A DNA stretch of 64,000 nt, taken from positions 1,612,001 through 1,676,000 of the forward strand of contig NW_026262674.1 in the NCBI RefSeq assembly GCF_021869535.1, in the 5' to 3' direction. Source of the stretch: Mytilus californianus (Eukaryota). The position numbers were made by a program, and so were the translations under genes. Below, piece by piece: positions 1 to 11,912 of this stretch. The stretch's first letter is position 1, and the number at the start of each line of letters is the position of its first letter. Below the pieces are notes generated by a model, which worked only from the letters and a program-made list of their open reading frames with translations, was not told the DNA's origin and did not search any database.

Positions 1-354
1 ATTTCTTTAGCCTATTTCGCTCAGTTGAATAGAAAATCAAATTTTAACTGTTCTGTAGTAGAAATGTCATCATGTTATTGTTTGTACGTATCTAACATGT
101 ATCATTATATTAAAATGTCTCTGAGTCCCAGCCAAGACTCACTGAATAAACACGAAATATTTACAGACAGATAAATAAATTTTACACAAAAAGTCATGAA
201 TCTGAATGAACGTTATGTACGATGAAGTTAATTAAGAGTTCATAAGAAAGTAAGTAAGAATATAAATTTTATTTAAAGTTGGAACATATATACACTATAA
301 CAGATATAATATAAACTTTGATGAGCTCTATAACCGACTATCATATAAAAACCA

Positions 355-590
355 CAACGAATGAACGTTACACGATTAGAGATGAACGATTGACGAATGC
401 ACGTTCCACGATTATATACGATTGATGAACGCACGTTACACGGTTAAGAATGAATGATTGATGAGCGCACGATACACGGCTAAGAATGAATGAACGATGC
501 ACGCACATTACACGGAAAACACACGGAATGATGAATGATGAGCGCACGATTGGTACACGCACGAAACACGCACGATACACGATGAACGCA
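355..590. repeat. Low-complexity degenerate short-motif repeat
   Basis: Recurrent GATGAACG / GCACG / TACACG motifs with no fixed period; the 368..580 ORF is a by-product. Confidence 0.6.
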
Positions 591-622
591 CGGAAAAATG
601 GTCAGTTTGAATTTTAGAAGGT

Positions 623-960
623 CTGTATGACTGTGATGTATGTGGGAAAGGGTTTAGCCGGCTTGATTATTTACAGATACACATGAGGACTGTAATGTAT
701 GTGGAAGAACCTTTAGTAAGCATAATAGCTTAAAAAGACACATGATGATAACGCATTCCGTCGACAAACCTTATGGCTGTGATGTATGTTGTTAAGGCTT
801 TAATCAGCTTTATTTTTTAAAGAGACACACGAGGACACATACAGGTGAAACACCTTATAACTGTAATGTATGAGGTAAAGTGTTAAGTGAGCATGGCACA
901 TCGTTACAGATTCATACGAGAACAAACACAGGTGGTAACAATAATGACTGTGATTTATTT
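623..960 (+). pseudogene. Decayed C2H2 zinc-finger array (~4-5 fingers)
   Basis: Translates LYDCDVCGKGFSRLDYLQIHMRT, then a linker deletion/frameshift at ~691, then CNVCGRTFSKHNSLKRHMMITHSVDKPYGCDVCC*GFNQLYFLKRHTRTHTGETPYNCNV*GK, with in-frame stops. Confidence 0.9.
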
Positions 961-1115
961 GGTAAAAGAATGAGAAAACATGCATGTGATCATACTGATA
1001 TTATAGGGAAAAGTAGTATTACATTTTCCAGGCTTTAGGTTGGCTTTTTGTGTAACCAAGGCGGCGAAGGATGTCAACTGTGAATGAATGTAAGGGTAAA
1101 ATACATATACAATTT

Positions 1116-1247
1116 TAGGTCTATGTCAGGAAAATATAAACTTTTTTGTATGAGGCTGAGAAACTAGGGAAGGGCGAGGTTCTACCGAGCCCTTCCCCAG
1201 TTTTGCGCCGAGTACAAAAAAGTTTATATTTTTATGACATTGACCTA
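1116..1247. mobile_element. Foldback/palindromic non-autonomous element
   Basis: TAGGTCTATGTCAGGAAAATATAAACTTTTTTGTA pairs with TACAAAAAAGTTTATATTTTTATGACATTGACCTA; inner arms AAACTAGGGAAGGGC / GCCCTTCCCCAGTTT. Confidence 0.75.
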
Positions 1248-1819
1248 ATATTGTTTTTATACTGCAACTTAAATTAATACATTGATAGCTTTTTAAATCG
1301 TAACACAAATGTCAAACAAAGACAATAACTGTTAAAAATGATATTTGTCTCCAACCCATGCTTTTAAAAAAGTAACAAAATTTATAATTTTGACCCTAAA
1401 TGATTTGATTGATATGTAACATAAATCACAGAAAGACATTATATATATGCACATCGTCAAATGATTAAAATCAGCTGGGCAGTATATTATTTGCCTCTTA
1501 CCCATACTATTGGAGTTTTTGCGATCAAAACATTAAAATTGTTGGAGATCAGACGGACGGACAAGGTGAAAACAATAGAAAGGGCTCCAACATCCACTAT
1601 ATGCCGGTCAAATATTATTCCAATGAAATTTACTAGTGTAGATTTAATTCACATCAAATAATGCTTTTCATTTGTATAAACGCTTAAAGAGGTTTTTCGT
1701 GATATCTGGGTTCTCAAAATAAAATTTGCACTGAAAAAAAGCTTATTTTGAACACATGTAAATTTTAAATATTAGAATTAATCTAAAAAACGAATGGTGC
1801 CGCTAAAAGCCTATAATTT

Positions 1820-2340
1820 ATTATTTTGTTTATATTCAAAACTTGTATTCAACATCTTCAAAGAGTTCTCTTTGATCCTGGTTAATTTTAGGTACAGTGA
1901 CATAACAATTGAAGAACTGATTTAAAATTAATGTTCCGTAAATATCTCCTTACTACATTCTATTTTTTGCAATCGTGCGTTCCATAGGTATATCTTTATT
2001 ATCTCCCTTTGAATTTTATTTTGAGGCGCACGTCACGCTAAGGTTAAATTAAGCTCGTTTACCTTTACTAGTCTAACAAATGGTAAGTTTTTGTATTTTT
2101 GCATTTTGATAAAGTAATTTCTGTATTCGCTAAATCAAGATTAATATAAAAAAAAAGTGTGCATTTTTAACCAAAATCACGTTCATCCGAAGTCCTTTGT
2201 TAGATTGGAAAATATATGGAAAGCCTATTTAACATTAATAAGTTATAAGAATCTCCCTAGTTTTTACCATCAACTCGATGTACAATGAACTTTTAAAATA
2301 AATGAGAACTAGAATGCATATGATATTTGCACAGGAATTT
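1820..2340 (+). promoter_or_regulatory. Shared upstream module copy 1, with candidate splice donor at 2083 (GGTAAG)
   Basis: Homologous to 15040-15545 (+) and ~36570-36930 (-); core TTGCAATCGTGCGTTCCATAGGTAT...AATTAAGCTCGTTTACCTTTACTAGTCTAACAAA-GGTAAG. May also be an interspersed transposon fragment. Confidence 0.5.
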
Positions 2341-2539
2341 GTCTCTGAGGATAATTACCTTTTTACTTTAATATATGACATATATTGATAATAATCATGA
2401 TAATATATTTGTATTAAAGGTATATCCCCCCCGCAGGTGCCTGTTGTTTTGAGGCCTGTTTGATGTTCATTCAGTATTGTTCTTTGTAACTGTCAGTGTG
2501 AGTGAGAAAACAATGTCTCTCCAGTCATGCGCATTTGCC

Positions 2540-3188
2540 CTTTTTTAGTCCACTACCGACGAAGTCGAAGGGGACAGTGGGACTTTAGGTTGCACTCCGT
2601 CCGTCGGTCTGTCTGTCTTCAACATGCAGAAATTGATTCAGTGATGTTTGGTATATTGTTTTATCATGACAAGGTACATATCAAGTTCAAATATTGTTCC
2701 AGTTTGATGAGTTTGTGCAGAGTTATGGTCCTTTGACTTAAACAATTCACTAAAATAATCAGTTTTCTTCATTTTTTTGTGTCATTCTTGAAGATATTGA
2801 TTTGATAATTGGTGATTAGTTTTATCATGACATGTTACAGATCATGTTCGAATTTTGTTCCGGTCTGATGATTTTTGTGCAGAGTTATGGTCCTTGGACT
2901 TAGAAAATTCACTTAAATAATCAGTTTTTCGAACTTTTTTCGTCATGTTTAAAGACATTGATTTGAAAATTGGCATATAGTTTTATCATGAAAAGATACA
3001 GATAAAGTTCGAATTTTGTTGCGGTCAGTTTTCCACAATTTTGTTTTGTCATGCTTGAAGATATTGACTATTTGTGATAAAGTTTACATCATGACAAGTT
3101 ATAAATCAAGTTAGAATTTTGTTCCAATACAATAAATTAACCGTTTGGGGAATACGTATTGTCATGCAATACTCACAGAATGCTTGTT
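2540..3188 (+). mobile_element. HINE-like (Helentron-associated) element with ~162-bp internal units
   Basis: T-rich start, short hairpin, CCGT microsatellite, repeated GAGTTATGGTCC at 2721 and 2883, terminal GGGGAATACGTATTG...AATACTC hairpin. Confidence 0.65.
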
Positions 3189-3219
3189 AAAATTTAGTTT
3201 CATTCTTTATATTAGATGA

Positions 3220-3375
3220 GAGAGACGAAAGATACCGAATGGACATTTAAACTCATAAATCGAAGTAAACTGACAACGCCATGGCTAAAAAAGAAAAAGA
3301 CAGACAAACAATAGTACACAAGACACAACACAACATATTAAACTTAAGACTAAGATCACTAGGCAACACGAACAA
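3220..3375 (+). repeat. Abundant interspersed repeat fragment
   Basis: AAACTGACAACGCCATGG...AAGACTAAG...CAACACGAAC; a reverse-complement copy lies at ~29760-29910. Confidence 0.55.
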
Positions 3376-3917
3376 GAAAATGTTTTGACTAATGTGTAGT
3401 TTTATTTTATTCACTTAGTAAGGGATCAAGTTACCATTTAACTTCAAGGACAAAGGAGGGGTTATGTTTTTCGTCTGAGTCGGAAACTTTTTATTCCATG
3501 GAGAGCATGAATATTTTTGTTTTTCAACGCTATCAATCAAATTATTTTTTTCAATATTTAACACTTTAAATTGAGGAGAGAATCTGGATTCAGAACTTTT
3601 TTTGTCATCTGCATGACCACAATATATTTTTTTTAATTTGGGTTCAGAATATATTTTTTAGAAAAAAGACATAACCCCCTCTCTCTTAACATAACACATA
3701 AGTTCACATTGCTGATTAAGTTTCTTTGACGAATATATGTTATATGTAGTTGGATTTTATCAACTAAGTTATACTTAAATTTTATCATTTTTAGTTTGGC
3801 TGAATTATGTTTAAGAGTGGACAAGAAGGTGCATGGCATTAGAAAAGATTTTATCGTGAAAATTTAGCATTCTCCGTTACAATCTCTGTTATTCTAACCT
3901 GACTAGACAATTCTAAG

Positions 3918-6422
3918 ATGTTTCGCAGTGGTCATGGTGGACAGGAGTTGACGGGAAAAGATAGATTTTCAGAAACAAAAAATAAAGAGCTTTTAACTGT
4001 TATCTCCCCCGACCAACCAACAGAAAATTTAGAGACGTTCCACGGCAGACAGGACGAGACAGAAATAAATATGGTTTCTGATACTGAAATCTCCCCTGAA
4101 CAACCCACAGACAATTTAGAGACGTTCCACGGTGGGCAGGACAAGACAGACCCTGAACAACCAACAGACAATTTAGAGATGTTTCACGGCGGACAGAACA
4201 AGGCAGACCCTGACCAACCTACAGACAATTTAGAGATGATCCATGGTGGACAGGACAAGACAGAAACAAATATGGTTTCTGACACTCAAAATATACTAAC
4301 AGTCATCCCTCTTGATCAGACTAGTACAGACCAACTGATGGACAAGGCATATCAGACTAGGAAGAAGTTTGATGCTGGTAATGAATGGGGTAAAGAGTAC
4401 CAGGGAAGTGTGTATGGTAAAGAATGTCATGGTAATGTTTGTGCTAAAGAATGTCATGGTATTGGTTGTGGTAAAGAATGGCATGGTAATGTTTGTGGTA
4501 GAGAATGTCATGGTAATGAATGTGGTAAAGAACGTCGTGGTAATGTTTGTGGTAGAGAATGTCATGGTATTGGTTGTGGTAAAGAATGGCATGGTAAAGA
4601 GTACCAGGGAAGTGTGTATGGTAAAGAATGTCATGGTAATGTTTGTGGTAAAGAATGTCATGGTAATGTTTGTGGTAAAGAATGTCATGGTATTGGTTGT
4701 GGTAAAGAATGTCATGGTATTGGTTGTGGTAAAGAATGGCATGGTAATGTTTGTGGTAGAGAATGTCATGGTATTGGTTGTGGTAAAGAATGGCATAGTA
4801 AAGAGTACCAGGGAAGTATGTATGGTAAAGAATGTCATGGTAATGTTTGTGGTAAAGAATGTCATGGTATTGGTTGTGGTAAAGAATGGCATGGTAATGT
4901 TTGTGGTAGAGAATGTCATGGTAATGAATGTGGTAAAGAACGTCATGGTAATGAATGTGGTAAAGAATGTCATGGTATTGGTTGTGGTAAAGAGTACCAG
5001 GGTTGTGTGTATGGTAAAGAATGTCATGGTAATTTTTGTGGTAAAGAATGTCATGGTAGTTTTTGTGGTAAAGAATGTCATGGAAATGAATGTGGTAAAG
5101 AATGTCTTGGCAATGTTTGTGGTAAAGAATGTCACGGTAATTTTTGTGGTAAAGAATGTCACGGTAATTTTTGTGGTAAAGAATGTCATGGTAATGTTTG
5201 TGGTAAAGAATGTCATGGTAATGTTTGTGGTAAAGAATGTCATGGTAATGAGTGTGGTAAAGAATGTCATGGTAATGTTAGTGGTAAAGAATGTCATTGT
5301 ATTGGTTGTGGTAAAAAATGTCAAAGAAATATGTGTGGTAAAGTGTGCAAAAGTAATATTTTTGGTAAACAGTCGCAAAATTGTGTGTGTGGTAACGAGT
5401 ACCAAAGTAATTTGTGTGGTAAAGAGTTTCAAAGTAATTTGTGTGGTAAAGAGTTTCAAAGTATTTTGTGTGGTAAAGAGTTCCAAAGTAATGTGTGTGA
5501 TACAAATTACCCAAGTAATATATGTGGAAAAGATTTCAACGGTAAAGTGTGCATATGTAATATTTGTGGTAAAGAACGTCATGGTAATAATTGTGGTAAA
5601 GAGTGCAAAACTAGTGCATGTGGTAAACAGTGCCAAGAAAAGGCATTCAGCTTATGTAGTAAAGGATTTCATCAGACTCGGGTCTTAAAGAGTCGCATTA
5701 TAAAACATAAAGGCTATGAACCTTTTAAATGTGGAATGTGTGAAGTGGATTTCAGTAAGAATAAATACCTACAACAACACATGAGGATACATACTGTTGA
5801 TAAACCTTATAGATGTGAAGTTTGTGGTTCAGTATTTCGCATGTCACATCACTTACGGATACACACAAGAACACATACTGGTGATAAACCATTCAAATGT
5901 GATATATGTGATAAGGCATTTAGACAAAGTTCTCATGTGCTGACCCACAAGAAAACACATACAGGTGAAAAACCGTGTAAAATATGTAAATGTGATGTAT
6001 GTGAAAAGGAATTTAGTCAGCGTCCTGACTTAAACGGACACATGAGAACACATACGGGTGATAAACCTCATCAATGTGAGGTATGTGATAAAACTTTCAG
6101 TAGGAAGGAACACTTACGACTACACATGAAAATACATACTGGCGATCAACCGTTTGCATGTAATGTATGTGGTAGAGGTTTTAATTATAAAATCGACGTT
6201 CAAAGACACTCAAGAAGGCATTCTAAATGTGTTGAAAGACCTTATAAATGTAATATTTGTGATAAAGATTTTATTCGGAAACAGAACTTACAGAATCACA
6301 TGAGAATACATACAGGGGAAAACCCATATGAATGTGAAACCTGTGGTCAAACATTTAGTCTTTCAATTTTCTATGCTAGACATATGGCAAAGCATGGTGC
6401 TGAGAAGGACAAATTAGTTTAG
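3918..6422 (+). CDS. ZF-A: C2H2 zinc-finger protein with acidic 19-aa repeats, ~47 Cys/His 9-aa repeats and 8 C-terminal fingers
   Basis: 834-aa intact ORF; eight C-X2-C-X12-H-X3-H fingers with TGDKP-type linkers; polypyrimidine-AG acceptor at 3793-3794; in-frame TGA at 3900 precedes the ATG. Confidence 0.92.
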   Translation: MFRSGHGGQELTGKDRFSETKNKELLTVISPDQPTENLETFHGRQDETEINMVSDTEISPEQPTDNLETFHGGQDKTDPEQPTDNLEMFHGGQNKADPDQPTDNLEMIHGGQDKTETNMVSDTQNILTVIPLDQTSTDQLMDKAYQTRKKFDAGNEWGKEYQGSVYGKECHGNVCAKECHGIGCGKEWHGNVCGRECHGNECGKERRGNVCGRECHGIGCGKEWHGKEYQGSVYGKECHGNVCGKECHGNVCGKECHGIGCGKECHGIGCGKEWHGNVCGRECHGIGCGKEWHSKEYQGSMYGKECHGNVCGKECHGIGCGKEWHGNVCGRECHGNECGKERHGNECGKECHGIGCGKEYQGCVYGKECHGNFCGKECHGSFCGKECHGNECGKECLGNVCGKECHGNFCGKECHGNFCGKECHGNVCGKECHGNVCGKECHGNECGKECHGNVSGKECHCIGCGKKCQRNMCGKVCKSNIFGKQSQNCVCGNEYQSNLCGKEFQSNLCGKEFQSILCGKEFQSNVCDTNYPSNICGKDFNGKVCICNICGKERHGNNCGKECKTSACGKQCQEKAFSLCSKGFHQTRVLKSRIIKHKGYEPFKCGMCEVDFSKNKYLQQHMRIHTVDKPYRCEVCGSVFRMSHHLRIHTRTHTGDKPFKCDICDKAFRQSSHVLTHKKTHTGEKPCKICKCDVCEKEFSQRPDLNGHMRTHTGDKPHQCEVCDKTFSRKEHLRLHMKIHTGDQPFACNVCGRGFNYKIDVQRHSRRHSKCVERPYKCNICDKDFIRKQNLQNHMRIHTGENPYECETCGQTFSLSIFYARHMAKHGAEKDKLV
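4389..5640 (+). repeat. Coding 27-bp minisatellite (GKECHGNVC-type, ~47 units)
   Basis: Unit GGTAAAGAATGTCATGGTAATGTTTGT; higher-order blocks restart with GKEYQG at units 1, 9, 17 and 24; 3' units degenerate towards GKEFQSNLC. Confidence 0.95.
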
Positions 6423-6564
6423 TTCAAAATAAGCAAAATAAGGAATTCATATGGCTGACATTCTGACCTATATTTCTAAGGGATGAAACTCTAAACGAAT
6501 TGCCTTTTTGTATGACCATATCTTCATAAACGTTATATATTTGACAAATAGTGTTAAATAAATA

Positions 6565-6710
6565 GGGAACTATCATTTAACTTTAAAAAAATATTCTGAT
6601 TAATGTATTCGTCATTAAAATTAATGATAATTTCTTGTAAAAAAATATTAAAGCTTGTGTGGTCCGAAAAAAACCAAACCCTCGATGTCGAAGTTAAAAT
6701 GGTTGTTCCC
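6565..6710. mobile_element. Degenerate PIF/Harbinger-type MITE
   Basis: Imperfect TIR GGGAACTATCATTT / AAATGGTTGTTCCC, similar to the 8544-8769 MITE; TSD not conserved. Confidence 0.5.
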
Positions 6711-6869
6711 TGGCAAAGGAGACGCATAACTGACACCAAGGCACACACAAGAATTGGCAGTTTTTAAAACATATACGAATACACACGTATACAAAGGAAT
6801 AACCACTTTTTACGAACAGAGCACACACAAATAAACGAAGTGTTTCTTTAATAGACACATTAGTAGAAA

Positions 6870-9260
6870 CAAACAGAAATTACCACTCAGAGACACAACA
6901 GAACATGTCCACACACCGAATTACAACTCGGAGACAGTATAAGATAGAGCACATACACACACCCGAATTACCACTCAGAGACACAGTATGATATAGAGCA
7001 CACTCTAATTACCACTCAGGGACACAGTATTATATAGAGCACACTCGAAATTACCTCTCAGAGACACAGTAAGATATAGAACACACTCGAATTACCATTC
7101 AGAGACACAGTAAGATATAGAACACACTCGAATTACCATTCAGAGACACAGTAAGATATAGAACACACTAGAATTACCATTCAGAGACACAGTTTCATAC
7201 TGAGTACATCAACACACCCTAATTATCACTGTAGAACATAGTATGGTATAGAGTACACACAAACACACACACAACCTAATTACCAATCAGAGACACAGTA
7301 TTATATAGCATGTATAGAGCACACTCGAATTATCACTCGGAGACATAGAATGATATATATAGCACTCTCGAATTACCACTTAGAGACACAGTATGATATA
7401 GAGCACACTCGAATTACCACTCGGAGACACAGTATGATATAGAGCACACTCGAATTACCACTCAAAGACATAGTATGATATAGAGCACACTCGTATTACC
7501 ACTCGGAGACACATTATGATATAGAGCACTCTCGAATTACCTCTCAAAGACACAGTATGATATAGAGCACACTCGAATCACCACTCGGAGACATCGTATG
7601 ATATATAGCACACTCGAATTACCATTCAGAGACACAGTAAGATTTAGAACACACTCGAAATACCATTCAGAGACACAATAAGATATAGAACACACTCGAA
7701 ATACCATTCAGAGACACAGTAAGATATAGAACACACTCGAAATACCATTCAGAGACACAGTAAGATATAGAACACACTCGAATTACCATTCAGAGACACA
7801 GTAAGATATAGAACACACTCGAATTACCATTCAGAGACACAGTAAGATATAGAACACACTCGAATTACCATAGCACACTCGAATTACCATTCAGAGACAC
7901 AGTAAGATATAGAACACACTCGAATTACCATTCAGAGACACAGTAAGATATAGAACACACTCGAATTACCATTCAGAGACACAGTAAGATATAGAACACA
8001 CTCGAATTACCATTCAGAGACACAGTAAGATATATAGCACACTCGAATTACCATTCAGAGACACAGTAAGATATAGAACACACTCGAATTACCATTCAGA
8101 GACACAGTAAGATATAGAACACACTCGAATTACCATTCAGAGACACAGTAAGATATAGAGCACACTCGAATTACCATTCAGAGACACAGTAAGATATAGA
8201 ACACACTCGAATTACCATTCAGAGACACAGTAAGATATAGAACACACTCGAATTACCATTCAGAGACACAGTAAGATAAAGAACACACTCGAATTACCAT
8301 TCAGAGACACAGTAAGATAAAGAACACACTCGAATTACCATTCAGAGACACAGTAAGATATAGAACACACTCGAATTACCATTCAGAGACACAGTAAGAT
8401 ATAGAACACACTCGAATTACCATTCAGAGACACAGTTTCATACTGAGTACATAAACACACCCGAATTACCACTGGGAAACACAGTATGGTATAGAGCACA
8501 CACACACACAACCGAATTACCATTCAGAGACACAGTATGATAAGGGAGCTACCATTTGATTTTTAGGGGGGGGGGGGGCTAGGATGAAATTCGAAAAAAA
8601 GGCAGGACAGGAGTTTTGAGTACAAAATAAGGCAGGATGAGCAACTTTGCAAAAAAAAAGGCAGGATGACAATTTATGTAAAAGAAAGTCAGGATAAACT
8701 AATAAAAAAAAAAGCCAAGACCGAATACCCCCCCCCCCCCTCCCCCCTAAAATTCAAATGGTAGCTCCCTAAAGAGCACATACATTCAAACGAATCAACA
8801 ATGTACCACACAGTGACACAGTATTATAAAGAGCACATACACACAACCGAATTACCACCCAAATACACAGTTTAATATACTATACACACTGCACACACCC
8901 GAATTACCACTCGAAGACACAGTATAATATAGAACACATACATACAACAAAGTTACCACTCGGAGACAGTTTTATATGGAGCACATATACACAATCGAAT
9001 TACCACTCGGAGACACAGTATGATAGAGAACACATGCACACGAACGAATAACCACTTACAGACACAGTAGAATAAAAAGCACATACGCACACCCGAATTA
9101 CCACTCAGACCGTGCAAGGGCTGTACAAAATGTATAACCAGTCAAGGTCGTTAAAACTTCCATCGTTTCGAATTACCACTCAGAGACACAGTATGATAAA
9201 GACCATATACGCAGCACCAAATTACCATTCGGTGACGCAGTATAATTTAGAACACATACA
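6870..9260. repeat. 41-bp tandem satellite
   Basis: Unit CACACTCGAATTACCATTCAGAGACACAGTAAGATATAGAA (period 41, e.g. 7881 to 7922); homogeneous core ~7040-8430 with degenerate flanks. Confidence 0.95.
8544..8769. mobile_element. PIF/Harbinger (Tourist-like) MITE inserted in the satellite
   Basis: TIR GGGAGCTACCATTT / AAATGGTAGCTCCC with TAA target duplication (8541-8543, 8770-8772); removing it restores a satellite unit. Confidence 0.85.
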
Positions 9261-9439
9261 CACATCCGTACTAAACTAGTAGAAATAAAAATGTGTAAAT
9301 AGCGAGAACAAATGGCGACAACAAACTTTGCATAATGATATGTGAGGTAAACTTCAGTGAGATTAAGAAAACCCATATATATCATAAATACATCTAAATT
9401 GCTATTACAGTGTTAAAAAATACAGGTGTTTATTCAATA

Positions 9440-10145
9440 CGGCAAGCTCTGTCTTGTCCCTAGTGTAGCAAGTAGACCGGTATTTATTCAATACGTCAAG
9501 CTCTATCTTGTCCCAAGTGTAGCAAGTAGATAGACCGGTATCGTTTCAATACACCAGGCTCTATCTTGTCCCGAGTGTAACAAGTAGACAGGTATCCATT
9601 CAATACGTCAAGCTCTATCTTGTCCTGAGTGTAACAAATAGACAGGTATTTATTCAATACGCCAAGCTCTATCTTGTCCCTAGTGTAGAAAGTAGACAGG
9701 TATTTATTCAATACGCCAAGCTCTATCTTGTCCCGAGTGTAACAAGTAGACATGTATCTATTCAATACGCCGAGCTCGATCTTGTCCCGAGTGTAACAAG
9801 TAGACAGGTATCTATTTAATACGCCAAGCTCTATCTTGTCCTGAGTGTAACAAGTAGACAGGTATTTATTCAATACGCCAAGCTCTATCTTGTCCCGAGT
9901 GTAACAAGTAGACAGATGTCTATTTATTACGCCAAACTCTATCTTGTCCCGAGTGTAACAAGTAGACAGATGTCTATTTATTACGCCAAACTCTATCTTG
10001 TCCCGAGTGTAACAAGTAGACAGATGTCTATTTATTACGCTAAACTCTATCTTGTCCCGAGTGTAACAAGTAGACAGATGTCCCTATGCCAAGCTGTATC
10101 TTGTCCCAAGTGTAACAAGTAGACAGATGTTTATTCAATACGCCA
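9440..10145. repeat. 54-bp tandem minisatellite (~13 units)
   Basis: Unit CTCTATCTTGTCCCGAGTGTAACAAGTAGACAGGTATTTATTCAATACGCCAAG; the 18-aa repeat ORFs on both strands reflect the 54-bp period. Confidence 0.95.
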
Positions 10146-10239
10146 AGAAATTTAATGAATTCTTACCTTGTTTACTTTTTTTTCCATTCCATTCAGCTTC
10201 GTTAGTACCCAATTTTCGGTGGCGATGATACACAGTGAG

Positions 10240-10770
10240 ACTAGATAGCTTATGTTAATGATATCGATGCTATTCATGGAGTTTTTAAAACAACAAAACT
10301 ATAGATGCTCTGCATGGATTTTTTTTAAACAACTAGACTAGATAGCTTATATTAATAATGCTCTTCGTGGGGTTTTTAAAACAACAAAACTAGATATAGC
10401 CTTTGTAAATGGTGCTCTTCATGAGGCTTTTAAATAAAAAAAAAACTAGATAGCTGATGCTAATATTAATGGTGCTTTTGGTGGGATTTTTAAAACAACA
10501 AGACTAAATAATGTGTGTTAATAGTGCTCTTCATGGGATTTTTAAAACAAAAAACTAGATAGCTGATGCTAATATTAATAGTGCTCTTGATGGGAATTTT
10601 TAAAACAGCAAGACTAAATAACGTATGTTAATAGTGTTCTTCGAGTGGTTTTCAAAACAAGACTAGATACTAGTAGCTTATGTTACTGTTGCTCTTGATA
10701 GGGTTTTTAAAACAACAAGACTAAATAGCTTACTAGTATGTTACTGTTGCTCTTCATGAGGTTTCTAAAT
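10240..10770. repeat. Degenerate ~55-60-bp tandem repeat
   Basis: Recurrent TTTTAAAACAACAAGACTAGATAGC...ATGTTAAT..TGCTCTTCATG. Confidence 0.8.
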
Positions 10771-10964
10771 TTCTGCAAGTAAAAACTGTATATATATATA
10801 GCTATGAAATTTACTAGAAGGAAATATGAGCATACAAAACTTGGCATTCATATATTGATATGTTGAAAAAAGTTACAGCCGGTTGCATTGCGTGTGTAGG
10901 TAACGGTAATATCTTTGGGTAGCTTGCTTGCTAGCTGAACCGTGAAGTCATTATTAGGTTAGGT

Positions 10965-11057
10965 ACTAAACTTCCCTCCTTTAAGAGTAGCCTTGTCCGA
11001 CAGATAACCAATATAGCTGTCTGTAGGACAAGGCTACTTATAAAGAAGGGTAGTATA
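10965..11057. repeat. Short foldback palindrome
   Basis: GTAGCCTTGTCCGACAGA pairs with TCTGTAGGACAAGGCTAC; outer arms CCCTCCTTTA / TAAAGAAGGG. Confidence 0.65.
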
Positions 11058-11912
11058 CCCCCCTTTTGACTCCTGCCAACTCATTCCAATGCTCCCTCCT
11101 ATGTATTTATTACCCCCTGTCCATTCCTCATAAATGTCTCATGTAATGAAAATTATATATTTGAATATGGCCAAAGGCACAATTTTTTGGCAGTTAAGCT
11201 GCCATATGCTAGCACCCTAGATATGTGTTCTTCCCACTGAATGTTGAAAAAAGTGCTGTTGTTGTTATCTATCTGGCTAATATGTTATTAATAACTAATT
11301 GGGCACATTTTTTATACTATCAATTCTGGAATACAAAAAATATGACCAGAAAAACCTTAAATGATCGACGAACAACCCAAAAGTTTTGAAGTTGCACATA
11401 GGAAGTACTGCTCAATAGAAATCCTTATGTAGTTTATTTTCCCCTGTACTTTTGGCTAAGATGTCAAAGAACAATTGTATGTAATATTTAATCGCATAAA
11501 ATCTCTAAAGACAAGTCGTTTACATTTCCCAAATGGCAAAAGTCGTAGGAATATTGTTTGTCGGCAATACGTATTACAGTAGTCCAAGTTGGCGGCAATT
11601 TTACCTGTTACATGCTGTTACCTAGTCTTTATCTTCCTCCTCTAGCAGGAGCTTCGCTTCTGCGGCGTACTTCTTTATTAACTTAGAAGACGAAATTTAC
11701 GTACCTTTTAAATTTGGAGGATTCTGATGATAGAAAGGTAATCATTGTTAATCATGATATTCTTTTTGATTTCAATTAAATGTATGCACATTTGAATTCC
11801 TTTTATATTATTCCGTTTATCACATAACTGACCTTGTTAAATTATGATGTTGTTGTTATTTATGAATAAAATTAACCGGAAATCGACGTTGATTGGTCGA
11901 TATATTTCAAGA

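Noticed and set aside
4389-5300. Repeated CGKECH resembles a multiheme c-type cytochrome motif (CX3CH)
   Set aside because: The spacing is not canonical CXXCH, there is no signal peptide, the protein is a predicted nuclear ZF, and the unit is traceable to a finger knuckle.
4296-5688. Long alternative ORFs over the ZF-A repeat (439 aa MVMFVVKNV on +, 446 aa TFFTTNITM on -), with smaller equivalents in ZF-B
   Set aside because: The 27-bp unit has no stop in those frames, so the ORFs follow automatically. There is no independent evidence of translation; Ribo-seq or proteomics would be needed.
6870-10145. 41-bp and 54-bp arrays as CRISPR-like repeats or repeat proteins
   Set aside because: Head-to-tail units with no unique spacers, in a eukaryotic context; the ORFs are period artefacts.
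11560-11740. GC-enriched patch as the ZF-C promoter; similar patches at ~21300, ~25230 and ~27640
   Set aside because: Only short YY1/CCAAT-like words, which also occur in TE bodies; cannot be assigned from sequence alone.
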